Both the position numbers and the translations under genes were made by a program. Shown piece after piece: positions 1 to 10,367 of a stretch of DNA of 64,000 bases. The stretch's first letter is position 1. Each line of letters begins with the position of its first letter. The notes under the pieces were generated by a model, which saw only the letters and a program-made list of their open reading frames with translations, had not been told where the DNA came from and did no database searches. Origin of the DNA: Planctomycetota bacterium (GTDB taxonomy: Bacteria > Planctomycetota > UBA8108 > SXIK01); NCBI GenBank assembly GCA_965223265.1, contig OZ244999.1, positions 1,184,001 to 1,248,000 on the forward strand, read 5' to 3'.

Positions 1-346
1 GACGACCGTGGCACCCCAGGCGCTGTTCGGCCTGAACAGTCCATCGGTGTACCGGCAAGCCAAGCAACTAGCCGGCCGCGTCGTGAAGGAGGCGGGCGGC
101 GGTCCCGACGACTGGATGGAACGACTCTGGAAGATTGCGTTGGCACGCCCGATCGCGCGTGACGAGAAGAAGGAGGCGCTCGGCCTGTTCGATTCGCTTG
201 TCGCGGCGCAAAACGAAGAGCAGATCCGAGAAACACTCCGAGAGTCTCCGGAGCACCTCGCCGCGATTCCATCGGCTCAGGCGGCGGCGCTCGTGAAGCT
301 CTGCCTCGCCGTTTACAATCTGAACGAGTTCGCATTCGTTCACTGA
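1..346 (+). CDS. DUF1553-domain (PSD1) protein, C-terminal part, truncated by the window edge
   Basis: TTVAPQALF..N motif and C-terminal 'LCLAVYNLNEFAFVH'; directly upstream of a DUF1501 gene, the usual pairing. Confidence 0.8.
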   Translation, partial: TTVAPQALFGLNSPSVYRQAKQLAGRVVKEAGGGPDDWMERLWKIALARPIARDEKKEALGLFDSLVAAQNEEQIRETLRESPEHLAAIPSAQAAALVKLCLAVYNLNEFAFVH

Positions 347-368
347 ATCCGAGGGAGAATCCCACACG

Positions 369-1769
369 ATGGAAACGAGCTGCTGCCGAGGCTTTACACC
401 GGTGCGATCTCGTCGCGATTTTCTGAGAACCTTTGGTCTCGGGCTCGGCTCCATGGCGCTCGGAGATCTCCTGCTTCGCGACCGCCGGGCTCTCGGGGAG
501 AGTTCGCCGCCGGCGACAGCAAAGAGCGTCATCTTCCTCTTCATGCAGGGCGGGCCGAGTCACCTCGAGACCTTCGATCCCAAGCCAGAAATGAGGAAGT
601 ACGACGGACAGTTGCTTCCCGAGAGCCTGCGCGATTACGACCTGGCTCAGATCAATACGGCCGACGCGAAGATCATGGCACCGAGCTTTCCATTCAAGCG
701 GTATGGAGAATCAGGCGTCGCGGTCTCGAGTATCTTCCCCGAACTGTCGAGGCACGCCGACAAACTGGCTGTGATCCGATCGTGCTATCACGACCTGTTC
801 ATCCACGGTTCAGCCTTGACCCTGATGCATTCGGGAACCCAGCTGATGGGTCATCCGAGTGTCGGTTCGTGGGTCGTCTACGGTCTGGGTTCCGAGACTG
901 ACGAGCTGCCGGCCTACATCGCTATGACCGATGGGATCTTCCGCAACGGGACGACAACCTTCAGTTCGGGTTTCTTGCCGGCGGTCTATCAGGGGACTTA
1001 CGTCCGCAGCGAAGGTGTGCCGATCCAGAACCTCCAGCGCCCTGCCGGGCTAGACGCAACGCAACAGCGGTTGATCCTGGACCAGATCAACCGCTGGAAT
1101 CGCCGCTATCGCGGCGGAGCACCCGGCGATAGCCGGCTCGATGCTCGGATCGCCAACTACGAACTTGCTTTCCGCATGCAGTCGGCGGCGCCGGAGCTCG
1201 TCGACGCGTCCGGGGAGACGAACGCGACGCGGGAGCTGTATGGTTTAACACAGGAACCTTCTCGAACGTTCGGAAGCATGTGCTTGCTTGCGCGACGGAT
1301 GGTGGAGCGTGGCGTGCGCTACATCCACTTGGTCAGTAACGGCTGGGACGCGCACGGCGGTTGCAAGCGAAACCACGAAGCGCGCGCCAGTAAGGTCGAC
1401 CGACCGATCGCTGGCCTGATCGCAGACTTGGAGCAGCGTGGTCTCCTGGACAGTACACTTCTCGTTTGGGGGGGCGAGTTCGGACGCACGCCGATTAGAC
1501 AGGGCAGTGATGGACGGGACCATCATCCGTACGGCTTCAGCATGTGGATGGCCGGCGGCGGGATCAAGGGTGGCCAGGTCATTGGCGCCACCGACGACTT
1601 CGGCTTCCACGCCGTCGAAGACAAGGTGCACGTCAATGACGTGCATGCGACGATGTTGTCACTGCTCGGACTGGACCACGAGAAGCTCACCTATCTGTTC
1701 GAAGGCCGCGAACGCCGGCTGACCGACGTCGGCGGCGGCAATGATCTGTCGGAGCGTCTGACGACATAG
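369..1769 (+). CDS. DUF1501 family protein (sulfatase-like, Tat signal)
   Basis: SRRDFL Tat-like motif; 'VIFLFMQGGPSHLETFDPKP', 'CLLARRMVERGVR', 'WGGEFGRTP' motifs. Confidence 0.92.
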   Translation: METSCCRGFTPVRSRRDFLRTFGLGLGSMALGDLLLRDRRALGESSPPATAKSVIFLFMQGGPSHLETFDPKPEMRKYDGQLLPESLRDYDLAQINTADAKIMAPSFPFKRYGESGVAVSSIFPELSRHADKLAVIRSCYHDLFIHGSALTLMHSGTQLMGHPSVGSWVVYGLGSETDELPAYIAMTDGIFRNGTTTFSSGFLPAVYQGTYVRSEGVPIQNLQRPAGLDATQQRLILDQINRWNRRYRGGAPGDSRLDARIANYELAFRMQSAAPELVDASGETNATRELYGLTQEPSRTFGSMCLLARRMVERGVRYIHLVSNGWDAHGGCKRNHEARASKVDRPIAGLIADLEQRGLLDSTLLVWGGEFGRTPIRQGSDGRDHHPYGFSMWMAGGGIKGGQVIGATDDFGFHAVEDKVHVNDVHATMLSLLGLDHEKLTYLFEGRERRLTDVGGGNDLSERLTT

Positions 1770-1818
1770 CCCTGTAGGCGGGTCCCTCACCGACCAGAAC
1801 AACCCACGGAGATATGAC

Positions 1819-4800
1819 GTGAAGAACGTCGTTGTGCTCGCGCTCCTCTGCGTGAGCTTTTTTTTCTCTGCACTCACATCCAGTGTTTCCGGCGTTGAAG
1901 CCGCGGAGCGCGCCCCGGTCCGTGCACTCTTTCTGGGGGACAATCGCAGCCACCGTCCGCGCGAGCGGGCCGACCAGCTTCTCCCCGTGCTTCAAGCGCG
2001 TGGGATCGACGTGACGTACACCGAGAGCCTTGGCGCTCTCCGTCCGAAGAGACTCGCCGGCTACGACTGCCTCATCGTCTTCGCCAACCACCCCGAGATT
2101 ACGCCGGCGCAAGAAGATGCGCTGCTCGACTATGTGGCGAGTGGTGGGGGATTCGTGCCGATCCACTGCGCCTCGTATTGCTTTCTCAACTCGCCTCGAT
2201 ACATCGCGCTCGTCGGTGGCCAGTTCAAGAGTCACGGCAGAGAGGTCTTTCGCGCCGAGATCATCGCGCCTGAGCATCCCGTGATGAAAGGTTTTCGCGA
2301 GTTCGAGACGTGGGATGAGTCCTATGTCCACACCAAGCACAACGAGGATCGCGTCGTCCTCATGGAGCGACCGAAGGGCGATCACCGCGAGCCGTACACG
2401 TGGGTCCGCACCCATGGGAAGGGGCGTGTGTTCTATACGGCTTACGGTCACGACCATCGCACATGGTCTCACCCAGCGTTCCACCAACTCATCGAGCGCG
2501 GCATCCGCTGGGTCGTCGAGTCGAAACGCTCGCTCGAGCCGCCGCCGGCAGGGCTGCCATCGTTCGAATACAAGGAAGAGAAGATCGCCTTCTATCCGCC
2601 CGGCCAAGGGCGACGGGGAGACGGCGTCTGGAATCGCATGCAGCTGCCTCTCGAGCCGCTCGCGTCGCAGCGACACCTGCGGCTTCCACCCGGGTTTCGC
2701 GCCGAGCTCTTTACGTCCGAGCCGGACATCGTCAAACCGATGGCGATGGCCTGGGACGCCCGCGGGCGACTGTGGATCTGCGAATCCACTGACTACCCGA
2801 ACGACTTGCAGCGCCGGGGCGAAGGCAACGATCGCATCAAGATCTGTGAAGATCGCGACGGTGACGGCGTCGCCGAGACCTTCACGACGTTCGCCGACAA
2901 GCTCAGCATCCCGACGAGTCTGACGTTCTCTAACGGCGGTGTGCTCGTGGCGCAGCCTCCCGACATGCTGTTTCTCGCGGACACCGACGGCGACGATCGG
3001 GCTGACGTGCGCAGGGTCTTGTTCACGGGCTTTCGGGTGTACGACACGCACGCCGGTCCGAACAACCTGCGTTGGGGGCCCGACAACTGGATCTGGGGCA
3101 CGATTGGCTACGCAGGCTTTGACGGAGAGGTCGGCGGCGAAAAGCTGGACTTTCGCAATGGCTTCTTTCGGATGCGACCGGACGGCTCGAAGCTCGAGTT
3201 TCTGCGCTCGACGACTAACAATACGTGGGGGTTTGGGTTCAGCGAAGAGGGCTTCGCGTTCGCGTCGACCGCGAACAACGATCCTTCCGTCTTCCTGCCC
3301 ATCGTGAACCGGTACTACGACGCAGTCGAGGGGATGACGCCGCAGCGTCTCCAGTCCATCGCCGACGACCTGTCGTTCTATCCGGTCACGGACAAAGTGC
3401 GACAGGTAGACTGGCACGGCCGCTACACGGCGGCCGCGGGTCACGCACTCTACACCGCCAGGAGCTTTCCCCCGGAGTATTGGAACCGCGCGGCGTTCGT
3501 CACCGGCCCGACCGGTCACCTTGTCGGCGAGTTCGTGCTCGAGCGTCGCGGTAGCGAGTTCGTTGCTCGCAATCGAGAGAGTTTTCTGGCGAGCGACGAT
3601 GAGTGGACTGCGCCGATCATGGCGGAAGTCGGCCCGGACGGCGCGCTATGGGTCATCGATTGGTACAACTACATCGTCCAGCACAACCCAACCCCCTACG
3701 GCTACGAGCGGGGGAAAGGGAGGGCATACGTGACGCCGCTTCGCGACAAACAGCGAGGTCGAATCTATCGCGTCGTGCACGAAAACGCTGAGAGGTACGA
3801 ACCCGCGAGTCTTGAGGGGGCGTCGAGCGCTGAGCTCGTCGCGGCGCTGTCCCACGACAACCAGCTGTGGCGCATGACGGCTCAGCGCCTACTCGTCGAG
3901 CGCGGAGATGCCGCGTTCGCTGGAGCCCTGGCCGAGCGCGTCCGCAATCGCGACGTCGATGCCACTGGACTGAACGTCGGCGCGATGCACTCACTTTGGG
4001 CGCTTCAGGGTCTTGGTCTACTCGGCGGGCAGCACCCGGAAGCAAACGCCGTCGCCGTGGAAGCGCTCTCGCATCCCGCCGCCGGCGTTCGCCGAGCTGC
4101 CGTTCAAGTGCTGCCGCGCACCGAGTTCGGTCTGGGCGCGCTCCTCGCAGCGAAGAAACTGGACGATTCGGACGCACACGTCCGCCTCGAGACATTTCTG
4201 GCGCTCTCGGAGATGCCGACGACCGTGGGCGTGGGCCCGGCGATTTTCGCTGCCCTCAACGAGCGCCGAAACTTCGACGATCGTTGGATCCCAGACGCTG
4301 GAACGTCCGCTGCGCTCCGCCACGCGCGTGGGTTTCTCGACGCCACGCTCGCAGGAGACGCAGCGCACCCGTCTCTCGCCACCGTCGTTCGTCTGGTCAC
4401 GGCCAACTACATTCGTGAGGCTCGGTTCGAAGACGCGATCGTTCTCCTTGAGACGATGACGGATGCCGACGATGCCATCCGCGGCGCCGTTTTCGATGGA
4501 CTTGCTCTTGGATGGCCACGCGAGCGGCACGTCCGACTCACCGAGTCGCACCTCGAGATCCTCGAGAAGCTTTTCGCGGATCTGCCGACGTCCGGGCGTG
4601 ATTACGTGATCGCCTTCGCGCGGGCCGTGGGGAATCGCGAACTCTTCGGCGACGCGATCTCTGACTCGAGGAAATACCTCGCCTCGATCATCGCCGATCC
4701 CAAGCTCGAGAACGCATCGCGGATCGAAGCGGCGGCTCGAATGATCCGTGCGGATGACAGCACCGATTCAATCCGCACGATTCTTGAGCAAGTGGGGCCA

Positions 4801-5568
4801 CAGGTACCACCGCGTCTCGCACGCGGTATCTTCCAGGAGATCGGCGACAGCCGGCTCGCGGAGACGGGGGCGATCATCACTGAGCATTGGGATCGCGTCA
4901 CGCCACGGACCCGCAGCACGGCGATCTCGATCTTGCTACGGCGACCGGCGTGGACAGGCGCGCTCTTGAGGGCGACCGAGCAAGGTGCGCTCGACAAGAG
5001 CGACATCGGCGATAGCGCCTGGCAGCGGATTCTCGATCACCCCGACGAAGAGATCCGCGACCTCGGAAAGAAACTCGTCGGTCGAGAAGGCATCCCAGAT
5101 CCGGATCGAGACAAGGTGTATCGTGAGCTCCTTCCGGTCGTCGGTCTGCCGGGAGACATCGCCAAGGGAAAGGAAATCTTCCACACCAAGTGTTCGCCGT
5201 GTCACAAGGTCAAGGGCGAAGGAGGGAGCGCCGGTCCTGATCTGACGAATGTCAACGGGCGGTCGAGCAAGGATGTGCTCCTCGAGATCATCGATCCGAA
5301 CCGCTCCGTCGAGGGCAACTACCGTCAATGGACAGCGATCACTCGCGACGGCGCGATCCTGAACGGCCTCTTGGCATCCGAGACGAGGACGACGGTCGAG
5401 ATCATCGATGCGACGGGGCAGCGTCATGCGATCGAACGCCGGCGGATCGAGCAGCTCGTGTCGTCGAAGCTTTCGCTCATGCCGATCGGACTCGAGAAGG
5501 ACCTCTCGCGGGAGGATTTGGCGTCGCTCCTCGAGTACCTGGCGAGCATGGAGGTCGCGGACGAGTAG
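1819..5568 (+). CDS. PVC-type heme-binding CxxCH protein: ThuA-like domain, putative membrane-bound dehydrogenase beta-propeller, HEAT repeats, cytochrome c
   Basis: Signal peptide; ThuA-like 'GKGRVFYTAYGHD'; 'GPDGALWVIDWY'; C-terminal CSPCH..GPDL..'SLMPIGLE'. Confidence 0.88.
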   Translation: MKNVVVLALLCVSFFFSALTSSVSGVEAAERAPVRALFLGDNRSHRPRERADQLLPVLQARGIDVTYTESLGALRPKRLAGYDCLIVFANHPEITPAQEDALLDYVASGGGFVPIHCASYCFLNSPRYIALVGGQFKSHGREVFRAEIIAPEHPVMKGFREFETWDESYVHTKHNEDRVVLMERPKGDHREPYTWVRTHGKGRVFYTAYGHDHRTWSHPAFHQLIERGIRWVVESKRSLEPPPAGLPSFEYKEEKIAFYPPGQGRRGDGVWNRMQLPLEPLASQRHLRLPPGFRAELFTSEPDIVKPMAMAWDARGRLWICESTDYPNDLQRRGEGNDRIKICEDRDGDGVAETFTTFADKLSIPTSLTFSNGGVLVAQPPDMLFLADTDGDDRADVRRVLFTGFRVYDTHAGPNNLRWGPDNWIWGTIGYAGFDGEVGGEKLDFRNGFFRMRPDGSKLEFLRSTTNNTWGFGFSEEGFAFASTANNDPSVFLPIVNRYYDAVEGMTPQRLQSIADDLSFYPVTDKVRQVDWHGRYTAAAGHALYTARSFPPEYWNRAAFVTGPTGHLVGEFVLERRGSEFVARNRESFLASDDEWTAPIMAEVGPDGALWVIDWYNYIVQHNPTPYGYERGKGRAYVTPLRDKQRGRIYRVVHENAERYEPASLEGASSAELVAALSHDNQLWRMTAQRLLVERGDAAFAGALAERVRNRDVDATGLNVGAMHSLWALQGLGLLGGQHPEANAVAVEALSHPAAGVRRAAVQVLPRTEFGLGALLAAKKLDDSDAHVRLETFLALSEMPTTVGVGPAIFAALNERRNFDDRWIPDAGTSAALRHARGFLDATLAGDAAHPSLATVVRLVTANYIREARFEDAIVLLETMTDADDAIRGAVFDGLALGWPRERHVRLTESHLEILEKLFADLPTSGRDYVIAFARAVGNRELFGDAISDSRKYLASIIADPKLENASRIEAAARMIRADDSTDSIRTILEQVGPQVPPRLARGIFQEIGDSRLAETGAIITEHWDRVTPRTRSTAISILLRRPAWTGALLRATEQGALDKSDIGDSAWQRILDHPDEEIRDLGKKLVGREGIPDPDRDKVYRELLPVVGLPGDIAKGKEIFHTKCSPCHKVKGEGGSAGPDLTNVNGRSSKDVLLEIIDPNRSVEGNYRQWTAITRDGAILNGLLASETRTTVEIIDATGQRHAIERRRIEQLVSSKLSLMPIGLEKDLSREDLASLLEYLASMEVADE

Positions 5569-5840
5569 GCGCGCACTCACTCCGTCGTTGTGAGGTGACG
5601 CGTCCTCGTCTCACGGTACTACGGGCTTCCCTGCCTGGAACGTGACGTCGCTCAGGAGTTTTCCGTCTGCCCCCGAGCGTCGCGTTCGGCCTTCGCACTT
5701 GTGATGGCGCCAGGTGGATTCGGTCTTCTTGTGACCCTCGCTCCAGACGTGGCTCCCATCCTCGGAGCGTCACGCTGTTCTTCGCTGCCACCGCAAGAAT
5801 CGGGTGGGAACGCGGCAGGGACATCGAGAAGAATGGGCGC

Positions 5841-6734
5841 ATGAGCGACTTCGAACGAATTGCGAGCGTGATCCGCTACCTCGACGAGCACCATGTCGAA
5901 CAGCCGAGTCTGTCATATCTCGCTGAACAGGTTGGATTGAGTCAGTTCCACTTCCAGCGACTCTTCAAGCATTGGGCAGGAGTCACTCCAAAGGACTTTC
6001 TCAAGTGCTTGACTCTGTCCGAAGCGAAGAGGGCTTTGCGCGCTGGTAGGAGCGTGCTCGACGCGGCATTGGATGTGGGACTCTCCGGACCGGGGCGCTT
6101 GCATGATCTGTGCGTCACCATGGAAGCGGCTTCTCCCGGCGAGGTGCGAACTCGCGGCGACGGGTGGACGATCAAAGCCGGCCTTGCCGAGAGCCCGTTC
6201 GGAAAGTGTCTCATCGGCGAAAGCCCGCGAGGGATTTGTCACTTGTCGTTCGTCGAGTCGGAAGATCGCGAGGCTCACGCGAGCGTGATTCAAACGGATT
6301 GGCCGCTCGCTCGAGTCGAATGGACGCGAGATGTCGCAGACGTCGTCGCGACTCTTTTTGATCACTCCGCCAACGCGAGTCCGCGGTCTTCCCTTCGGGT
6401 TTTTGTTCGTGGAACGAAGTTTCAAGTGCGTGTTTGGCGAGCTTTGCTGCGAGTCCCCAGGGGTACGTTAACGAGCTATGGGCGGATCGCCGAATCGCTT
6501 GGAGATCGTAGGTCGTCACGGGCTGTGGGCTCTGCCGTCGGGCAGAATCGGTTGGCGTACCTCATTCCATGCCATCGTGTGATCCGCGAGACGGGGATGT
6601 TCGGCGAGTACCGCTGGGGAACGACGCGCAAGAAGGCTATGATTGCTTGGGAACGCGCCGGTGGATCGACGCACATTGAGGAGGCGGCGTCCGCCGGTTC
6701 ACTGGAAGGCGTAGCTTCGCGCCGACGGAAATGA
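5841..6734 (+). CDS. AraC-HTH plus O6-methylguanine-DNA methyltransferase (Ada/Ogt-like)
   Basis: 'LSQFHFQRLFKHWAGVTPK' HTH, 'RLHDL', active site 'IPCHRVI'. Confidence 0.9.
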   Translation: MSDFERIASVIRYLDEHHVEQPSLSYLAEQVGLSQFHFQRLFKHWAGVTPKDFLKCLTLSEAKRALRAGRSVLDAALDVGLSGPGRLHDLCVTMEAASPGEVRTRGDGWTIKAGLAESPFGKCLIGESPRGICHLSFVESEDREAHASVIQTDWPLARVEWTRDVADVVATLFDHSANASPRSSLRVFVRGTKFQVRVWRALLRVPRGTLTSYGRIAESLGDRRSSRAVGSAVGQNRLAYLIPCHRVIRETGMFGEYRWGTTRKKAMIAWERAGGSTHIEEAASAGSLEGVASRRRK

Positions 6735-6737
6735 CGC

Positions 6738-6986
6738 ATGACAACGAAGGCCCGCGTCGCGCTCGCTGACTTTCTCGATCGCGTCTTGCATTCCGAGACG
6801 CGACCGGAGGATTTCGACGTGCAGTGGGGCTCACTCGAGCTTTCAGAACCGCTCGACAGACTGTACGCCGTGCTCCCGCACTACCTCAGTGACTACCGCA
6901 TTCGTGCGCGTGATCCATGGTATCGAGAGATGCAAGAGCACGAACTGAAGAAGATGATTTGTCTCCTGCGGGAAGAGGCCCAATGA
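6738..6986 (+). CDS. Hypothetical protein, possibly frameshifted near its 3' end
   Basis: 82-aa ORF with plausible composition; an overlapping frame from 6983 continues MSAIERISFLQY. Confidence 0.45.
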   Translation: MTTKARVALADFLDRVLHSETRPEDFDVQWGSLELSEPLDRLYAVLPHYLSDYRIRARDPWYREMQEHELKKMICLLREEAQ

Positions 6987-7320
6987 GCGCGATCGAGCGG
7001 ATCTCGTTCCTCCAGTATACGAAGGATCAGCCATAGCACGCTCCTGGCATGTCTCTGGAGTTGCTCGCTTCTCGCGGAGTGATTGTTGGGCGAGGCGCTA
7101 ACCTTTGGAGCTGTGGGACAAGGCCTGGCCACTGCAGCGAACCCTGGCGCCGCGCGCTCAAGCGTTTTCGGTTGGCGGCGGTATGGATCACCTTGATCCA
7201 AGATCTACCGGCCGATTTCGCGATGGGTCGCCGTTAGGAAAGGAGGTGTGACGGTGAAGTTTTCTCGTTTACGATGCGCCGTTCAGGCCCGTTGCGGCAT
7301 CCTTCACCCGAACCTGCGTC

Positions 7321-7659
7321 ATGGATAAACCGGAGGATCGTTATTTGAAACACCCAGTCACTTTCGTAGCCGCGCTAGTCTTCGGCTTCGCCGCGTTGGT
7401 TCCGGGCTGTACGCAGGCGTTGTCGGAGCCGCCGCAGTCCACCATCGAAGCTGTCGCCGCTTCGCCCGGATCGATCACCGGGAGGTTTCAAGTGACCTTC
7501 AAGTATCGTACCTCCCCGACGAGCACCTCCGGGGGAGCGAGAGCGGCGACGCGTATCGATTTTTACGAGAGCTACGTTGTCATGCACAACGAAGACCGCA
7601 CGGGGCAGCTATTCCCGTTGCGGTTGATCGAAGAGTTCCGTTGGGAAACCGAGAAGTAG
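7321..7659 (+). CDS. Hypothetical secreted protein or lipoprotein
   Basis: Hydrophobic N-terminus ending in a lipobox-like VPGC. Confidence 0.55.
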   Translation: MDKPEDRYLKHPVTFVAALVFGFAALVPGCTQALSEPPQSTIEAVAASPGSITGRFQVTFKYRTSPTSTSGGARAATRIDFYESYVVMHNEDRTGQLFPLRLIEEFRWETEK

Positions 7660-7670
7660 TCTGCACGAAC

Positions 7671-7967
7671 ATGAAGAAGCGAATCAAGATCACGGAAAAT
7701 ACTCCGGTTCCAGTTCACCTGAGCGCCAGGGCGCGAGAGTTGATCGAAGAGGTTCTTCCCGGCTCCCCGTCGGTGAAGCAGTTTTCGTTGGCGCTGCCGG
7801 GGAAAGACTTCACAGCAAACTACACACTCTACGACATTGAAGAGATTATGGGTTTCGTTGCCGTGGAGGCCAACCACACGACGAACCGAAAGAGGCAACG
7901 GGAGCTTGACAACCTTCGAGTTTTTCTCGACGGCGAGATGCAGAAATACGATGACGGCAATTGGTAG
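7671..7967 (+). CDS. Hypothetical protein
   Basis: ATG at 7671 (MKKRIKIT), 11 nt after the previous stop; natural-looking composition. Confidence 0.55.
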   Translation: MKKRIKITENTPVPVHLSARARELIEEVLPGSPSVKQFSLALPGKDFTANYTLYDIEEIMGFVAVEANHTTNRKRQRELDNLRVFLDGEMQKYDDGNW

Positions 7968-8015
7968 ATCATCCACTGACCATCGGAATGGTGCCTGCTG
8001 GACTTGGTCGGCACG

Positions 8016-8813
8016 ATGAGCACCGTCCGCATCGCCCTCGCAAACATCCGCGTGCCGACGACACCGGAAGAGTCGGTCCTCTTGGCGACATCGGCAGTCG
8101 CTGAGGCGGGCGGGCAGGGTGCGGCGGTGGTCTGCTTTCCCGAGTGCTTCGTCCCCGGGTACCGATGGCCGGACACGACACTGCCGTCGCCTGACCCGGC
8201 GTTTCTCGAACGGGCTTGGACTGATGTGGCCGCTGCTGCCAAGGCTGCTCAGATCACAGTCATACTAGGCACGGAACGAGTGACCGCGAGTGTTCTCCAG
8301 ATCACTGCCTGCGTGATCAACCCCGACGGCACCGTCGCCGGGTGGCAAGACAAAGCACAGCTCGACCCGTCGGAGGAATCCACCTATCCGGCGTTCTCGA
8401 CCGAACGTCGGACTTTCACCGCCGGGCCGCTGACCTTCGGTGTGGTGATTTGCCACGAGGGGTGGCGGTATCCGGAGACCGTGCGGTGGGCCGCGCGACG
8501 AGGCGCGCAGGTCGTGTTTCATCCACACGTCCATGTTGCTGAACCCGGAAGCTATCGCCCCGTCACATTTGCCGACCCCGCGAACACGTTCCACGAAAAG
8601 GCGATCCTTTGTCGAGCGGCCGAGAACACCTGCTACTTCGCGTCAGTGAACTGCGCGAGCGAAGGTTCCGGCACGACGTCGGCGATTGCACGCCCCGACG
8701 GTACGCTGCACTGCTTTCAGCCATATGGACAAGAAGGGTTGCTCGTCGCGGACTTGGACCTCAGTCTAGCGACCAGATCCCTCGCCACGCGATGCCGGAC
8801 GTCGCCGATGTAA
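8016..8813 (+). CDS. Carbon-nitrogen hydrolase (nitrilase superfamily)
   Basis: Catalytic triad contexts 'CFPEC', 'QDKAQL', 'ICHEG'. Confidence 0.9.
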   Translation: MSTVRIALANIRVPTTPEESVLLATSAVAEAGGQGAAVVCFPECFVPGYRWPDTTLPSPDPAFLERAWTDVAAAAKAAQITVILGTERVTASVLQITACVINPDGTVAGWQDKAQLDPSEESTYPAFSTERRTFTAGPLTFGVVICHEGWRYPETVRWAARRGAQVVFHPHVHVAEPGSYRPVTFADPANTFHEKAILCRAAENTCYFASVNCASEGSGTTSAIARPDGTLHCFQPYGQEGLLVADLDLSLATRSLATRCRTSPM

Positions 8814-8948
8814 CGACGAGTTGCGAGGCAGCTTCAGTTCGGTATCTGTCTCGACGAATCTAAGAAAGTCCCACGACCCGCCTGGCTGTCTGAGACTGAT
8901 CCGCGGCCAGAAGATCTGAGGCCGGTCATGACAAGGTCCTGGTGGGAG

Positions 8949-9039
8949 GCGAACGGCTTTCCCAACTCGTGGGCGAGTTCCGTGAACTTGTTCCATGAAG
9001 GTTCACCATGAGCATGTAACCGACATACCGCTTAAGGTT
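8949..9039 (-). pseudogene. About 90-bp remnant paralogous to the Gfo/Idh/MocA gene at 11896-11988
   Basis: Direct nucleotide similarity; encodes YVGYML..WNKFTELAHELGKPFA versus YVGYIL..WSKFTEIAHDLGKPLA, with a 1-nt deletion. Confidence 0.75.
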
Positions 9040-9140
9040 TCCAGATGAAAGAGTTCGAGCACCTGGCCTGCAATGACTCGCCCTCGACGCTCCGTGCACG
9101 GCCGCGCGTCAAGGTCGTGACGTTAGTTGGGCGCCAGATT

Positions 9141-10361
9141 TCAACCGGCTGGTTCCCTGCGCCTTTCGGCAACTCTCTGGAACGCTGTGAGAATCCTGAG
9201 TGTTCTGTGCGCCGCTGTGCGTCCTTCGTTGATTTTCAGATCAGGACGCGCTCGCAACTCATCAGGCACATTCCACGGTACAGAATTCGACTTCAAAACC
9301 AGCGAGCGTAGCTTCTTGAGTCGAAGTAGCGGCGACAGGTCATTGGCACGTCCGCACCGACCCAAGGAGAGACTCTCCAGCTCACTCAGTTCACCGAGCA
9401 CTACGAGATCCGAAGGCGAAAGGTTCCAGATTTCTAAGTGCCGAAGCGCAGGAAGTTGCCCGAGCACACGAAGATCCGTGACGTACGGTAGGTTGTACAG
9501 CTGCAAGTCTCGAAGTCGGGTCAGTGCGTCGAGTGGCGCAATGGACTCGACACGAGGAAAATCGCGTTTCGCCAGCTCTGGTGGAGCAAATCGCAGGAAG
9601 AAACGCGCGAGCCGATGACGACCGGCCCTACGATAGATTTCACGAATCGTGTCGACATCGAGATCGTTCGGACTCGCGAGAAGGCGCATCGTTATGCCCC
9701 CTCGAGCCTCACCTCCGAAGGTCAGCTTCTCAAGACGTGTCAGTGATCGAAAGACGTTTAGATCGATGGCCTCGCGACAGTCCCGAAGCTCGAGATTTTG
9801 GAGATAAAGGCAACCCTCCAGTGGCATAAGATTCTTCAAACGCCAGCAGCCTTCTATCGATGCTTCCTGGAGTCCTTCCGAACCCGCCAGTCCTGAGAGA
9901 TCACGAAGGAATTCGGCGTCCCGAACGCGTAGCTTCTGCAGCTCGACGAAGTCTCCCGTGAGTCGCTCCAAAAGCTTGCAGCGCTCGACAGTAAGGGTCA
10001 GAAGTTTGCGTAAACTCGCACCCGCGTGGATTTGCCGAAAGAATGGGCAACGATCGACGCGGACATGCCGCAGCCAAGGTAGCACCGGGAGATCGCGAAG
10101 ATCACGCAGTTTCGAAATCCCGCGAAACGTAAGATGACGTAGAGCCGGAAGCTGCTGTAGAGGGGCGAGATCGGGGCACCGTGCGTAGTCCTCGAAGCTA
10201 ACGGCACGCAACTTGGGAAGCCGTGTCAACGTTGATACGTTCGAGATGCGTCGGAGCTTGATCGCCGTGACCTCGCCGAGAGCTTCGTGGGTCAGCTCTT
10301 TGTCTTTCAGCTGCTCCCGGACGGCGGCTTCGATACCAGGGTCGAGTGTGGACGCGTCCAC
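9141..10361 (-). CDS. Leucine-rich repeat protein (internalin-like)
   Basis: Repeated LxxLxxLxxLxL motifs such as 'DLSPLLRLKKLRSLVL'; GGGAGGA upstream of the GTG start. Confidence 0.8.
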   Translation of the reverse strand: MDASTLDPGIEAAVREQLKDKELTHEALGEVTAIKLRRISNVSTLTRLPKLRAVSFEDYARCPDLAPLQQLPALRHLTFRGISKLRDLRDLPVLPWLRHVRVDRCPFFRQIHAGASLRKLLTLTVERCKLLERLTGDFVELQKLRVRDAEFLRDLSGLAGSEGLQEASIEGCWRLKNLMPLEGCLYLQNLELRDCREAIDLNVFRSLTRLEKLTFGGEARGGITMRLLASPNDLDVDTIREIYRRAGRHRLARFFLRFAPPELAKRDFPRVESIAPLDALTRLRDLQLYNLPYVTDLRVLGQLPALRHLEIWNLSPSDLVVLGELSELESLSLGRCGRANDLSPLLRLKKLRSLVLKSNSVPWNVPDELRARPDLKINEGRTAAHRTLRILTAFQRVAERRREPAG

Positions 10362-10367
10362 AGCGTA

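Noticed and set aside
1687-3519. Long antisense ORFs (610 aa here; also 11313-12428, 38154-39242, 46658-47779)
   Set aside because: Shadow ORFs opposite well-supported genes, expected in high-GC DNA.
5570-5830. Possible group II intron fragment or structured RNA (minus strand AGCCCGTAGTACCG)
   Set aside because: Only a short resemblance; no recognisable domain V or RT ORF.
6720-6760. In-frame TGA between the Ada-like gene and ORF 6738
   Set aside because: The methyltransferase domain is already complete, the next ORF has its own ATG, and I see no SECIS-like hairpin.
6987-7320. Integron attC sites among the small hypothetical genes
   Set aside because: TAAC and GTTA cores are present, but there are no convincing paired arms and no integrase.
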